This document shows positions 15,892-33,444 of a stretch of DNA of 64,000 bases, in pieces (the stretch's first letter is position 1; the number at the start of each line of letters is the position of its first letter). The stretch is from Eledone cirrhosa (taxonomy: Eukaryota): the NCBI GenBank assembly GCA_964016885.1, contig OZ024758.1, positions 31,310,001-31,374,000 on the forward strand, written 5' to 3'. A program made the translations under genes and the position numbers. The notes beneath the pieces are model-generated. The model was not told where the DNA came from, did no database searches, and saw only the letters and a list, made by a program, of their open reading frames with translations.

Positions 15892-17377
15892 ATACTTTGG
15901 GAGGGTCATGTTGCCGATAAGAAACACACGCACCAGTTCCTTTCACTTCAATTTACTATAATAAATTTATAAATTTAGGAATTTATAAATTTCCGGTTGG
16001 TTGGTTGGTTCCAAAACCAGGTGATTGTTTATATATTGTCAAAGTTCTTTTGTCACACATTCTGTGACCTCTTCAGTGACCGGGGATTCTTTTCTTTGTT
16101 TTTGTGCCCCTCCTTTGTTCTGTCCTACGCCATCTGGTTTTTGTGTTTGTGTGTTGTGTGCTTAGTTTGCGCATGTGTTACACCCGGGTGTCTGTGTGTG
16201 TTTATATTCGTTTATTTATTTGTTTATTTACATGTTACTGGTTGGTTGTTTGTTCTATGTGCGTGTGTGTTTTTATTTTGTATTGAATTGTAAGTTGTGA
16301 TGTTGCTGTTCCACTCATATTTTCTATTTAATTTTGGTTGTAATTCATTTATGTTTATTGCCTCTGTGATTTGTCTAAACATTGCGTCTTTTCTGTGTGT
16401 AGATTCTATTTTTATTTATATGTTCTCTAATTTACCCTTATGTTCTATTTTAGCATGTTGGTGGAGTACAGATGATTCTTTACTATCTTGAAGGTCTCGC
16501 CAGTGTTCATTTATCCGATCCCCTATACTACGAGCTGTCTCACCTATGTACACTATATTTTTATCTCTACATTTTCCTTCAGTACATGTTATGCTATATA
16601 CTACATCTCTAGTTTTACAGTTAATATGGGGGCTTACTTTACAGATTATACATTTCTTATCTATACAGGGAGGTCTTTGAAAAGGGTATATCTTGCTAAT
16701 AAGTGTTTTTATGGAGGTACCTGGTCTTTCTACTATCTTAATATTGAGTTTATGTTTATCTAGGGCCCTTCTAAATTTGTAAGCTCTAGGAGTTGTATCG
16801 ATGAATATTACACTCTGGTATTTATTGCTATCATACCATGAGTTTATTCTATTAGCCTTATTCCTAGTTCTTTCTATTCTATTCCAAAATTTGCTCCTAT
16901 ACAAGGGGCAGGTCCCATTTGTGTCATTATTTACTATTTTTTCCCATTTGGTTCTGGCTCCTCTATACACTCTGAATTTATCTCTCTGATTGTAACCAGA
17001 GAACTACATACGGTGGATGAAGTGTTGTATGTCTCTCTAATTCTTCGGGGTTGCACATGCGGGACACGTTTCTCATCACCCGTACCAAATCCGCAAAAAA
17101 AAAAAAAACAAAGAAAAGAATCCCCAGTCACTGAAGAGGTCACAGAATGTGTGATAAAAGAACTTTGACAATATATAAACAACCATCTGGTTGTGGAACC
17201 AACCAACCATCCGGAAATTTATAAATTCCTAAATTTATAAATTTATTATAATAAATTAAAGTGAAAGCAACTGGTGCGTGTGTTTCTTATCGGCAACATG
17301 ACCCTCCCAAAGTATAACAATATCGGTTTCAACACACGTTTTCAGATAAAGAATCTTGCTAAACAAATTCAGAAACG

Positions 17378-17380
<3 letters not shown>
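15885..17380. mobile_element. Neptune-like PLE family N2: minus-strand 3' end (15885-17095) plus inverted pLTR and tail (17100-17380)
   Basis: GIY-YIG ORF remnant 16416-16970 (CIDKKCIIC, VVYSITC, YIGETAR); both HHRs (16037-16081 and 17126-17170) have GAAA mutated to AAAA. Confidence 0.9.
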
Positions 17381-17467
<87 letters not shown>

Positions 17468-17596
17468 CTTTATATATATATATATATCTTTATATATATA
17501 TATATATATATATCTTTATATATATCTTTATATATATATATATATCTTTATATATATATATATATATATCTTTATATATATATATATATATTTATA

Positions 17597-18048
17597 TACA
17601 ATATTAAATAAATGGAAAACTATATTTATAAAACCATATTTATTTCATTATATATATTTCGGGGATATCATATTAACAATATGCTATGCCTTCATCAGAC
17701 AAAATACAATATAAACAGTTTTATAGATAAATATATTCGACATACCGTAATAAACATCAACTTCATTTGGAGAGGTTTACGCTCTCCAAATGAAGTTGAT
17801 GTTTATTACGGTATGTCGAATATATTTATCTATAAAACTGTTTATATTGTATTTTGTCTGATGAAGGCATAGCATATTGTTAATATGATATCCCCGAAAT
17901 ATATATAATGAAATAAATATGGTTTTATAAATATAGTTTTCCATTTATTTAATATTGTAAATATACTCCAAATATTTGTCGAGTGCTTTTATATCAGTTA
18001 TAAATATTTACTAGTTGTAACCCAACAATTTTAAATATAACTTTACAT
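17597..18048. mobile_element. Mini fold-back element: 178-bp arms, 7-nt loop, ~90-bp tail, an HHR in each arm
   Basis: Arms 17597-17774 and 17782-17959; HHR attttgt CTGATGA..GAAA tatata TA atgaaat at 17851-17914(+) and 17642-17705(-). Confidence 0.85.
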
Positions 18049-18053
18049 GTATA

Positions 18054-18196
<143 letters not shown>

Positions 18197-18250
18197 TTAT
18201 ATATATATATATATATATATATCTTTATATATATATATATATATATATAT

Positions 18251-18338
<88 letters not shown>

Positions 18339-18404
18339 TTATATATATATATATATATATCTTTATATATATATATATATATATCTTTATATATATATAT
18401 ATTC

Positions 18405-19285
18405 AGGTTTGAGGTTCACCACTGTATAGAGCTGGTCTATTCCGTATGGTCAATCGTAATGTAATAATATAGAGAGTACTCAACGTAAAGCAGTTCAACC
18501 GTCTTTGTTTTTGTAGTTGGTGGTGCTATTACAGAGTTAAATATTATAATGAAATGACAGGAGGCTGGATTTGTGTAAATCCTTGAAAGGTTTATTATAC
18601 TATGATCATATCAATGACCGGGTTCCGTGTGAATCCGGTGATATCATCAGGTATTCGAAATATAATACGTGAATGTAATAGATAAAATCCATGGGGCTGA
18701 AAATCGAGGACCCGAGGGCGACCGCTATCCAGCATCCTCTACCTTAGCCGGTCGCCCTCGAGTGACGTGGCTAAAGCTCACAGTGTGCTACTACCGGTCA
18801 GATAAAGGAAAACAGAAAGGGATGGGAACATAAGTTACCACAAAAAAGAAAGAAAGAAAGGAAGGAGAGAGAAGAAGGGGGAAGGAAGAAGAAGAGAAGC
18901 CAGGGTTAATGTCAGCTATAAGAAGAAAGACAGAAAGAAAGAGGAGGAAAGGTCGGTATTACAGTCAGGCCAGGAGTGGCGCGGGAAAATTTTCACAGGG
19001 ACCCGTATCTTAGCAGAGCTGAATATAGTGGGGGTCAGTGTGTTATAATGTGTGAGCAGAAGATTGAAACGTTACGTTTTTGTTTAGACTTATAGGATGA
19101 AATCAAAGATTAATAATTAATAATTAATATCAAAGAAATTAGAAAATTAAAGTTAAACAGTTTAACATTTTGAGGTTGATATATCTAATAGTTCTGATTT
19201 GATCTGTAGTTTAAAGGTACTGGCCTGACTCTAGTCTAACATTAATATCGACCTTTCTTCCTCTTTCTTTCTATCTTCCTTCTTT
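18405..19285 (-). mobile_element. Tail, pLTR and UTR of PLE family I (diverged relative of 49940-52151)
   Basis: Homologous to 49940-50885; HHR at 18597-18654 has GAAA mutated to GATA. Confidence 0.85.
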
Positions 19286-19289
19286 CTTT

Positions 19290-20345
19290 CTAACCACCCC
19301 AGGACGGACGACCCCAACCGCAGGACACGTAGGGGAGGGGGAAACGGGCGACCACCCCACGATGGATCTCCCGGGGCGGACAACGACCACCCCACAAATT
19401 CGGGCCTCGAAGATAACAAAAAGCATAGAGCCCAAAGGGGAAGCAACAGTGCGGAAACCACCAGCAACCCAACAAATCTCCAACAAATCACGAAGCCCCC
19501 GACCCACACATATAGGAGGAGACACCGAAAAATCACGTGGTACAACCCACCCTACTCAGCGGCCCTAAAGAAAAGCTTGGCCCGATTATTCTTTGGAGCA
19601 CTTGACAAATGCTTCCCGAGGGACCACAGATACCACAGGATCTTCAACAGACACACTGTGAAACTTTCGTATTCCACCACGAGAAATTTGGCCCAACACA
19701 TAGCTAGCATCAACAGAAGTAGGCTTAAAAACCACACACAACCAGAAGATGGCAATACAAACACTCAGCAGAACCATGTGAAAGGAGGGAAGGGGGGACC
19801 CAGAGCCCACCCAAGAAACACAAACAGACCCGAGGACCCCCCACCGAGCCTGGGGGAAGACCAACATGTAACACATAACGGGAACCCTAATCTAGGCACG
19901 CAGAGGCTGACCACCCTCTGCAACTGCAGAAACCCCGAATCATGCCCCCTTGGTAATGAATGCCTCAAGAAGAACCTAGTGTACGGTTGTAGGGTTAAAA
20001 CCCCCAACATCCGAACACCTCTACATAGGAGCCACATCAACGAGCTTTAAAGACCGCTGGTACAACCATCGCCATTCATTCAAGAAGGAGGCCAAAAGGA
20101 AAAGCACAGCTCTCTCCGACCTGATCTGGAAGCTTAAGCTGGACAGGACCCCATACTCTCTGGCCTGGTACATAATCAGGAAAGTACCACCCGATAAAGG
20201 GGGATCTTGCATATGCAAACTATGCCTGAACGAGACCCTCGAGATACTAAGAGGTGGAAGCGGCCTGATAAACCTCAGAATGGACTTCTTCGGGACATGT
20301 AGACACCTTAGAGCCGGGACCTTTCTCAAGATATATGGACAGTAG
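19290..20345 (+). pseudogene. Hydra-like PLE ORF C-terminal remnant (linker, CxCx5C, GIY-YIG), frameshifted
   Basis: CFPRDHRYHRIFNRHTVKLSYSTT, CNCRNPESCPL, LVYGC; next frame YIGATSTSFKDRWYNH..ALSDLIWKLK..CKLCLNE. Confidence 0.85.
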
Positions 20346-20995
20346 CAACACAAGAAGATGTGAACTCCCCTCAAGCTATAGGGACTTGTACAGAACATGA
20401 AAACACCTCTCGGCCAGACCTCCCTCAAGCTATATGGGCAGTAACAACACCCTAGGTTGTGAACTCCCCTCAAGCCACAGGGAACAACCCAGGTGGAGCA
20501 GACACCATGATAGCCTAGAGATAGAATCGGACACAGCCATTATAATTTGGCCAACATCTATATAACACAAACACTTTTTAATTTACTAGATTTCTGATTT
20601 TCAAGTTCCAATTTTAAATCTTGATTTCTCTTTATTAATTTGTTATTTGATTTCTGCCCTCTTCACTGTATCACCTTATATTTATTTTTAAGTTGAGATT
20701 GATTATAACACAAACACATTTAGTTTGATTATCTCATCTTAACATCTTGTCTCATACCAATCTATCCAACATATTCTGACCTTGAGATTGGTTATAGCAC
20801 ACACACACTTTATCCTACATTATTTCTCACTTCTCCATATTCATTACTTTTTCACAAATTTTTCATTTATTCTTTATTCTTTATTCTCTATTTATTTATT
20901 TATTTTCAAATTATACAAATTATATTAATTATTTTATTATATTATTTATTTATTTTCTGTTTTCTTCATTTATTGCCTTATATTTCTTCATATAC

Positions 20996-21072
20996 ATGGC
21001 TGTCACTGAAATATATATAGCAGTAATAAACGAAGCTAAATTTTAATCATTTGACTTTTATTTAACTTTATT
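20996..21072 (+). mobile_element. 3' end of the family M pLTR (3' half of the HHR only)
   Basis: Reverse complement of 44570-44647. Confidence 0.75.
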
Positions 21073-22268
<1,196 letters not shown>

Positions 22269-22439
22269 TTGTGTCTATATTGTATCTGTATTATTTTTGA
22301 CCGCCGGTCAGTCAATGGCAACATTGAGGACCGAGTAAGTTAGATCGCAGATATATATATATATAAAAGACAGCGAGAAGCGAAAACCAACCAAACAGTG
22401 AGTGTGTTCTGTTATTAATTCTGGCAATATTACGCAAAT

Positions 22440-25400
22440 ATGACCCTCCCCAAATATAACAATATCTGTTTCGACACACGATTTCATATAAAAAACCTCG
22501 CAAAACTAATTCATCGCCGCTATGGCATTAGCTTGTGCCAAGCTGAAAGGTTATTGAAAGACACTGTTTTCTGTTATATAAAAACTACAATAACAACAGA
22601 ACAAATCCGCTTCTTAAAACACTGTGTTTCCTCCAAAACATACACAACAAACATATCAAAACAAGTAAATAATTTATTATTGAACAAAACACAAGCTGAA
22701 CGGCTAAAACACACAATAAGAGTTAATATGAAAAGAACAACATACACAAAAGTCAACGCACTCTACAGACAAAAACGCATCAACGGTAAGGAAATCCGAA
22801 ATCTCATCACAGCAAACGAGAGAGATGACTTCATGAGCGTCATCCGACGCGAAACGAAATATGCTCAAAACGAATGCTGTAGGCATTTCAAGAAGAAATT
22901 AGAATGGATGAATAAGAAAAAACTACAAGAAAGGAAAATCGAATATTCTCAAAAATACCCAGATAACATCGACAACATCCGTATGAGTGATGTAAAACTA
23001 CCGGAAGAATTTACCAATGACCACACAGTAAATATCTATGGGAACACTTTAATCAGTGAACAAGAACAACAAATCCTAAAGTTACCACCAAAATTTGCCA
23101 TCTACAAAAAGATTAACCCTATGGAATGCAAAACGGAGCTGGAAAAGTGTTTCACAAAAATACGTTGGAATGCAAAGGTAAACAACAACAACAATAATAA
23201 CGGTAGTAGTAATATAAACAATAACTCTGGGTATAGAAATAACAGCCATAACCATAACAATGGCAGGAAAGTGAGAAATAGTGATAATAGTAATAATACT
23301 AGCGATAGACAGAACAACAACAACCACAATAATAATAATAATAGAAACGTTAACCACAGACACAGCAACAGTGACCACAGTAGTAATAACGGTAACAATA
23401 CGAACAACAACAACAACAATAACCACAGTGGTAATAATGGAAATAGTACATGTAGCAACATCAACAAAAACAAGAAACATAATAATAGTAACAACCACAA
23501 TGGTAGAAATAGCAGTAACAACAACAACAATAACGGTGAAGTAAACAACAATACATCTAGCAATCATAACAATAATAATATTAATGCTAATGATAGAAAC
23601 AACAACAACCACCATGATAACAATAATAGCAACACACACAACTATGACGATAGAAATAACGACAACCCCTTAGAGAAACTATTTTTCAACCCAGCTGACA
23701 AAACATATAAGATGGGTAATATCTATCCTACGAGGTTACCCTTTAATAAAAGAGTTTGCATACCACAGCAAATAGATGACGAGACGGAGGCACAGTTCAC
23801 CATAGCTAGAAATAAGATTAGACAAGTAGTAGACAGGTACACTATGAGACAGAGCAGACCAGAGGCCCAACAACTTGGGATAAAACCTGTAGAAGGCTTG
23901 GTTAGCCTCAAGCAGCGCACAAGGGATGGTGAGGTAGTGTGTCTACCCACAGATAAGTCTGGTAGGATGTCAATAGATAGCATGCCGAACTACATCGAGG
24001 CAATGCAACCCCACATCACCAACACGAGCGAAGTTGCACAACTAACACACGATGGGAGAGAAAAAATCCTCAACGCTCACATGATGATGTGGACTGACAT
24101 CCTAAAGCCAAGCAGACGCACTGCCAACAACTTCCATGCGTCTAACAATGGCATACCACCCTTGTATGGGCTCCGCAAAGACCACAAGACAGTCGACGAC
24201 CCGACAACAGGACCACCAACAAGACCCGTATGCGGAGCTAATATAGCTAGCAACTACAGGATCTCCTACTTCCTCTCAATGGTTATACGCCCCATAATCA
24301 AGATGTCCCCAGATGTATGTGAAAGTACAGAGGACCTCCTCAGCAGAATCAGTGAGTGCAACAAAAACAGGAGCCTATCCAACTGCATAATAGGCAGCAT
24401 GGATGTGGTGTCACTGTACCCATCCATTAACATTGATTTTGCTGTGAAAAGATGTGTGGAGATGATCATTGAGAGTGAGGTGGAGTTCTGCGACGTCGAC
24501 ACAGACGAACTGGGCCTCCTACTTAGACTTACCTACGACACTGACTACCTAGACAGCCATGACCTTAGATGTTTCTGCCCTAGTAGACCTATAAGTGGTA
24601 GACCCCCCACCATAACCTCAATGGCTAAAAAGACTCCCATAGGAAGGTGGATTGGGGGACCAAAGCTATACGGACCCCCCAAAACACTGATCAGGTAAGA
24701 AAAATGGTCGCACATGCAATAGGGGCTAGTATCAAAACTACCCTAAAGGGCCACATATTTAAGTTCAATGAGAAAATCTACACCCAAAATGAGGGAGCAG
24801 CCATCGGCGTCAGCATAGCTGGTGATGTTGCCAACCTTTTCATGGTGGGAAAGGAGACTTAAAGATCTCCTTAATGAAAGCTCCATAGACCTCATCATGT
24901 ACTCTCGTTATGTAGACGATATCAATATAGTTATAAGAACACCCCCACTAGAGAGCACTAACAAGTTTGATTTAGAACGTAGCACGATGGAAAGCATCCA
25001 GCAGATAGCTAATTCCATACACCAGAGTATAACTGTAACTATAGACTTCCCTTCCAAACACCCTAACAATAGACTACCTGTATTAGACACAGAACTCTGG
25101 ATTAACACTATAGACGAGAGAGCCCAAATTCTCCACTCACACTATGCTAAACCCATGGCCTCCAAATACCTGATACTCAAAAACTCAGCAATGTCCAGTA
25201 GTGCTAAGTTTAATATTCTGATCGCAGATTTGGTACGAGTGATGAAGAATGTGTCCAGCATGTGCGACCCAACAGAAATGGAAGGACACATCCAACACTT
25301 CATCAACCGCATGCAGTTCTCTGGCTACAACCAAAGAGACAGAGTCAGAGTATACGAAGGAGCCATGGAAAAGTATAAGACCCTCATAGAACTGGACATG

Positions 25401-26066
25401 AAAGGAATTTGCCCACTATACAGGAGCAAATCATGGAATAGCTTAGATAGGGCTAGACATAAGATAGGGAAGGCCACATCATGGTACGACAACCAGAGAT
25501 ATCAGAGTGTCATGTTTGTGGACGCCACCCCTGGAGGGAAATTAGCTAACCAGTGTAGAAAGGCCCTGAGAAAGACCCACTTAAAAATAAAGGTGGTAGA
25601 AAAGCCAGGAACCACCATAAAATCCCTGATCAGCAAAACCTACCCTTTTAAGAAAACCCACTGTACCAATAGGAAATGTATCATTTGTAAGGTGAACCCC
25701 CGGATAAACTGTAAAACTAGAAACGTAGTCTATAGCATAAGATGTACAGAGGGTACTTGCAGAAACACGACAACAACATACATAGGTGAGACAGCTCGTA
25801 GCATAGGTGAAAGGATAGACCAACACTGGGGGGAACTAAAAGGACGAAAAAACGGGTCAGTACTATACGAACATGCTAGACAACAACATGACGGTAACAT
25901 AGACAACATAGAAATTAGAATAATATCTAAACATAGGAATGACCCAGCAGATAGGCAAATCAGAGAGGCCAGTGAAATAGAAATTAGAAGACCAAAGCTA
26001 AACAGAAAGAATGAGTGGAACAACAACAACACCCAAACAAACAACACTGACCTAAGAGAAGTATAA
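22440..26066 (+). pseudogene. PLE reverse transcriptase-GIY-YIG endonuclease ORF, two frameshifts (~24655 and ~24850)
   Basis: DKSG, LYGLRKDHK, RPVCGA, SMDVVSLYPSI, QNEGAAIG, YSRYVDD, LPVLD, HYAKP, CTNRKCIIC, VVYSIRC..YIGETAR, EASEI, NRKNEW across ORFs 22440-24698, 24647-24862 and 24822-26066. Confidence 0.93.
23180..23665 (+). repeat. In-frame (AAC/AAT)-rich tract encoding ~160 Asn-rich residues inside the PLE ORF
   Basis: Translation NNNNNNNGSSNINNN... Confidence 0.95.
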
Positions 26067-26329
26067 ATAAGTAAATAAAATTAAATAAAATAAGATAAAT
26101 AAATACATACACAAGCACATAAACACACACTAGTCACCCAGCAGACACAACACTATACACACTAGTCACACATCACACATAACACTATACACACACGCAA
26201 ACGCATGCGCAAAGAAGACAAAATAAAATAAGATAAACAAACAAGCAAATAAATAAATAAATATATAGACAGACTGAACAAAAAAAAAAATGGCGTAGAC
26301 ATACAACACAACAGGAGGAACAATGAATA

Positions 26330-26378
26330 TAACACCACTGACGATGTTGCAGATGTGCAACGAAAGATTTATGTAAAT
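26330..26378 (+). ncRNA. HHR-like motif of family N1
   Basis: CTGACGA tgttgc..gcaac GAAA gatt TA; stem I imperfect. Confidence 0.55.
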
Positions 26379-26621
26379 TATGTAAACTATATATATGTGT
26401 TTGTGTCTATATTGTATCTGTATTATTTTTGACCGCCGGTCAGTCAATGGCAACATTGAGGACCGAGTAAGTTAGATCGCAGATATATATATATAAAAGA
26501 CAGCGAGAAGCGAAAACCAACCAAACAGTGAGTGTGTTCTGTTATTAATTCTGGCAATATTACGCAAATATGACCCTCCCCAAATATAACAATATTTATA
26601 TATATATATATATATATATAT

Positions 26622-27557
<936 letters not shown>

Positions 27558-27571
27558 TATATATATATATA

Positions 27572-27651
<80 letters not shown>

Positions 27652-27658
27652 TATATAT

Positions 27659-28398
27659 CTAAGGCGGGTAAAATTCCCGAGATCCATGGACGAGTTCTCT
27701 CCAGCGGTCTCTGTCCCTCATTATCGCTGCCATGTCCTGCATCTCCAACAGACCAGTGTCTGTCCTTAGAGCATCAACATACGTTAACCTTGGTCTTCCT
27801 CTTCCAGTGTGTCCATGTAGGGGCTCCCAAAGGAGCACTGAGTGCAATGTCAACTCTGGATGTCGGTGAGCATGTCCAGCCAACCCCAGTCTCCTCTGTG
27901 TCACTTTTGAGCTGACTTTTGGGATGCTCCCATACAGCTCTGAGTTTTTCATCCTCAGTGTATACTGATTAATGTTCAGAGCCATCCTCAGCATTCTCGT
28001 GTAGCACCCATCCACCATCTGAGTGAGTTTCTTGGTCAGTGTCCAAGTCTCAGACCCATACAACAGCACAGACTCCACTACAGCAATGAAGAGGCGGATT
28101 TTCAGGTATCTACGAAGGTCCGACTTCCATACCGATCTCAAGCTGTGGCACGCCGCCCAGGCCTTGCTCTTCCTCTCAACCACATCATCTTCCGTATTCC
28201 CAATCCTTGCTCCCAAATACAGGAAGTCCTCAACCAATTCCAGCGGCTTCCCGCCTACATTAGTGATCCCCTCTGGCTTCTCAACATTCTCTACCAGATA
28301 TTTTGTTTTAGTCTCATTCATTCTCAGCCCCACACTCATCGACACAGTCTCAACCTCCCGCATCAAATCCTCTGCCTCCTTCACTGTATTTGTCACCA
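27659..28398 (-). pseudogene. RTE-clade LINE, 3' RT fragment
   Basis: [41 protein letters not shown]. Confidence 0.9.
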
Positions 28399-28419
28399 AA
28401 TATTTATATATATATATAT

Positions 28420-28520
28420 AAAGGTTAACATACTGGATCGTGTTGGAGTTAAACACCCTCTTCGTATTATAGAAATGACAGTAAAAGGATATAGCTCAAT
28501 GTAGTTAAACAGAGCTGAAA
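28420..28520. mobile_element. Isolated PLE tail fragment (homolog of 31815-31905); inverted copy at 30665-30763
   Basis: gtgttggagttaaacaccctcttc..gctcaatgtagttaaacagagc shared with 31830-31902. Confidence 0.8.
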
Positions 28521-28557
28521 AATATATATATATATATATATATATATTTGTCACCAA

Positions 28558-28616
<59 letters not shown>

Positions 28617-28677
28617 TATATATATATATATCTTTATATATATATATATATATATATATATTTTTATATATATATAT

Positions 28678-28712
<35 letters not shown>

Positions 28713-28859
28713 TATATATATATATCTTTATATATATATATATATATGTTTATATATATATATATGTTTATATATATATATATATATCTTTATATATATA
28801 TATATATATATCTTTATATATATATATATATATCTTTATATATATATATCTTTATATAT

Positions 28860-28934
28860 TTTGTAGTGCCTGGGCAAGATTGAACTCGAGACCAAGATCT
28901 TCGTCATCTCTAACACTTACCAATATGCCACCGA
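28860..28934 (-). mobile_element. tRNA-like / SINE head fragment (inverted copy at 30311-30385)
   Basis: ggtggcatattggtaa (A box-like) ... gagttcaatc (B box-like); 5' acceptor strand missing. Confidence 0.55.
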
Positions 28935-28935
28935 T

Positions 28936-30385
<1,450 letters not shown>

Positions 30386-30495
30386 TATATAAATATATAT
30401 ATATATATAAAGATATATATATATATATATATAAAGATATATATATATATATATATATAAAGATATATATATATATATAAAGATATATATATATA

Positions 30496-30538
<43 letters not shown>

Positions 30539-30632
30539 ATATATATATATAAAAAAAAATATATATATATATATATAAAGATATATATATATATAAACAT
30601 ATATATATATATATATATATATACATTTGGTG

Positions 30633-30664
<32 letters not shown>

Positions 30665-30791
30665 TTCAGCTCTGTTTAACTACATTGAGCTATATCCTTT
30701 TACTGTCATTTCTATAATACGAAGAGGGTGTTTAACTCCAACACGATCCAGTATTTTAACCTTTATATATATATATATAAATATATATATA

Positions 30792-31218
30792 TAGGAGGTG
30801 AGTTTTATTGTAGTACAATAAAGCAATGCAGATATCGGATAAGAAGCACTCTACAGTTTGTAGGATGGAGTATACATAATATATAAGATCAAAAGATGGT
30901 TAAATGAGTTCCATGTATTTTATTATGCGCATTTCAAAAACAAATATCATCATGCAATAACATTTGTGTTTTCATCAGATAAAATAGGAAGACATGATAT
31001 GAAGGTTAAAAACACTTGTGGATAGTGCAGTTTTAAATCAACATATGATATGTTGATTTAAAACTGCACTATCCACAAGTGTGTTTAACCTTCATATCAT
31101 GTCTTCCTATTTTATCTGATGAAAACACAAATGTTATTGCATGAGGATATTTGTTTTTGAAATGCGCATAATAAAATACATGGAACTCATTTAACCATCT
31201 TTTGATCTTATATATTAT
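30792..31218. mobile_element. Mini fold-back of a family D subfamily: reversed tail plus ~170-bp arms
   Basis: Tail 30792-30877; arms ~30878-31045 and 31048-31218; HHRs at 30917-30985(-) and 31108-31178(+). Confidence 0.9.
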
Positions 31219-31228
31219 ATATATATAA

Positions 31229-31318
<90 letters not shown>

Positions 31319-31356
31319 ATATATATATATATATATATAAATATATATATATATAT

Positions 31357-31396
<40 letters not shown>

Positions 31397-31423
31397 TTAT
31401 ATATATATCTTTATATATATCTT

Positions 31424-31458
<35 letters not shown>

Positions 31459-31596
31459 ATATATCTTTATATATACATCTTTATATATATATATATATAT
31501 ATATATATCTTTATATATATATATCTTTATATATATATATATATCTTTATATATATATCTTTATATATATATATATATATATCTTTATATATATAT

Positions 31597-31678
<82 letters not shown>

Positions 31679-31690
31679 TTATATATATAT

Positions 31691-33318
<1,628 letters not shown>

Positions 33319-33334
33319 ATATATATATATATAA

Positions 33335-33391
<57 letters not shown>

Positions 33392-33402
33392 AAGATATAT
33401 AA

Positions 33403-33439
<37 letters not shown>

Positions 33440-33444
<5 letters not shown>

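Larger units (their letters stand above)
22262..26595 (+). mobile_element. Near full-length Neptune-like PLE (family N1) with a partial direct 5' pLTR
   Basis: 22262-22465 repeated at 26392-26595; inserted in (TA)n; RT plus GIY-YIG ORF. Confidence 0.93.

Noticed and set aside
23082-23639. Hydrophobic antisense ORFs (Val/Ile/Leu-rich)
   Set aside because: Reverse frames of the AAC/AAT tract
22440-26066. Programmed frameshifting or selenocysteine recoding in the PLE ORF
   Set aside because: The N2 homolog is continuous across both shift sites, so they are mutations or errors; no pattern of in-frame TGA at Cys positions as in Naiads
28860-28934. Functional tRNA gene
   Set aside because: 5' acceptor strand missing, anticodon loop lacks U33, T loop irregular
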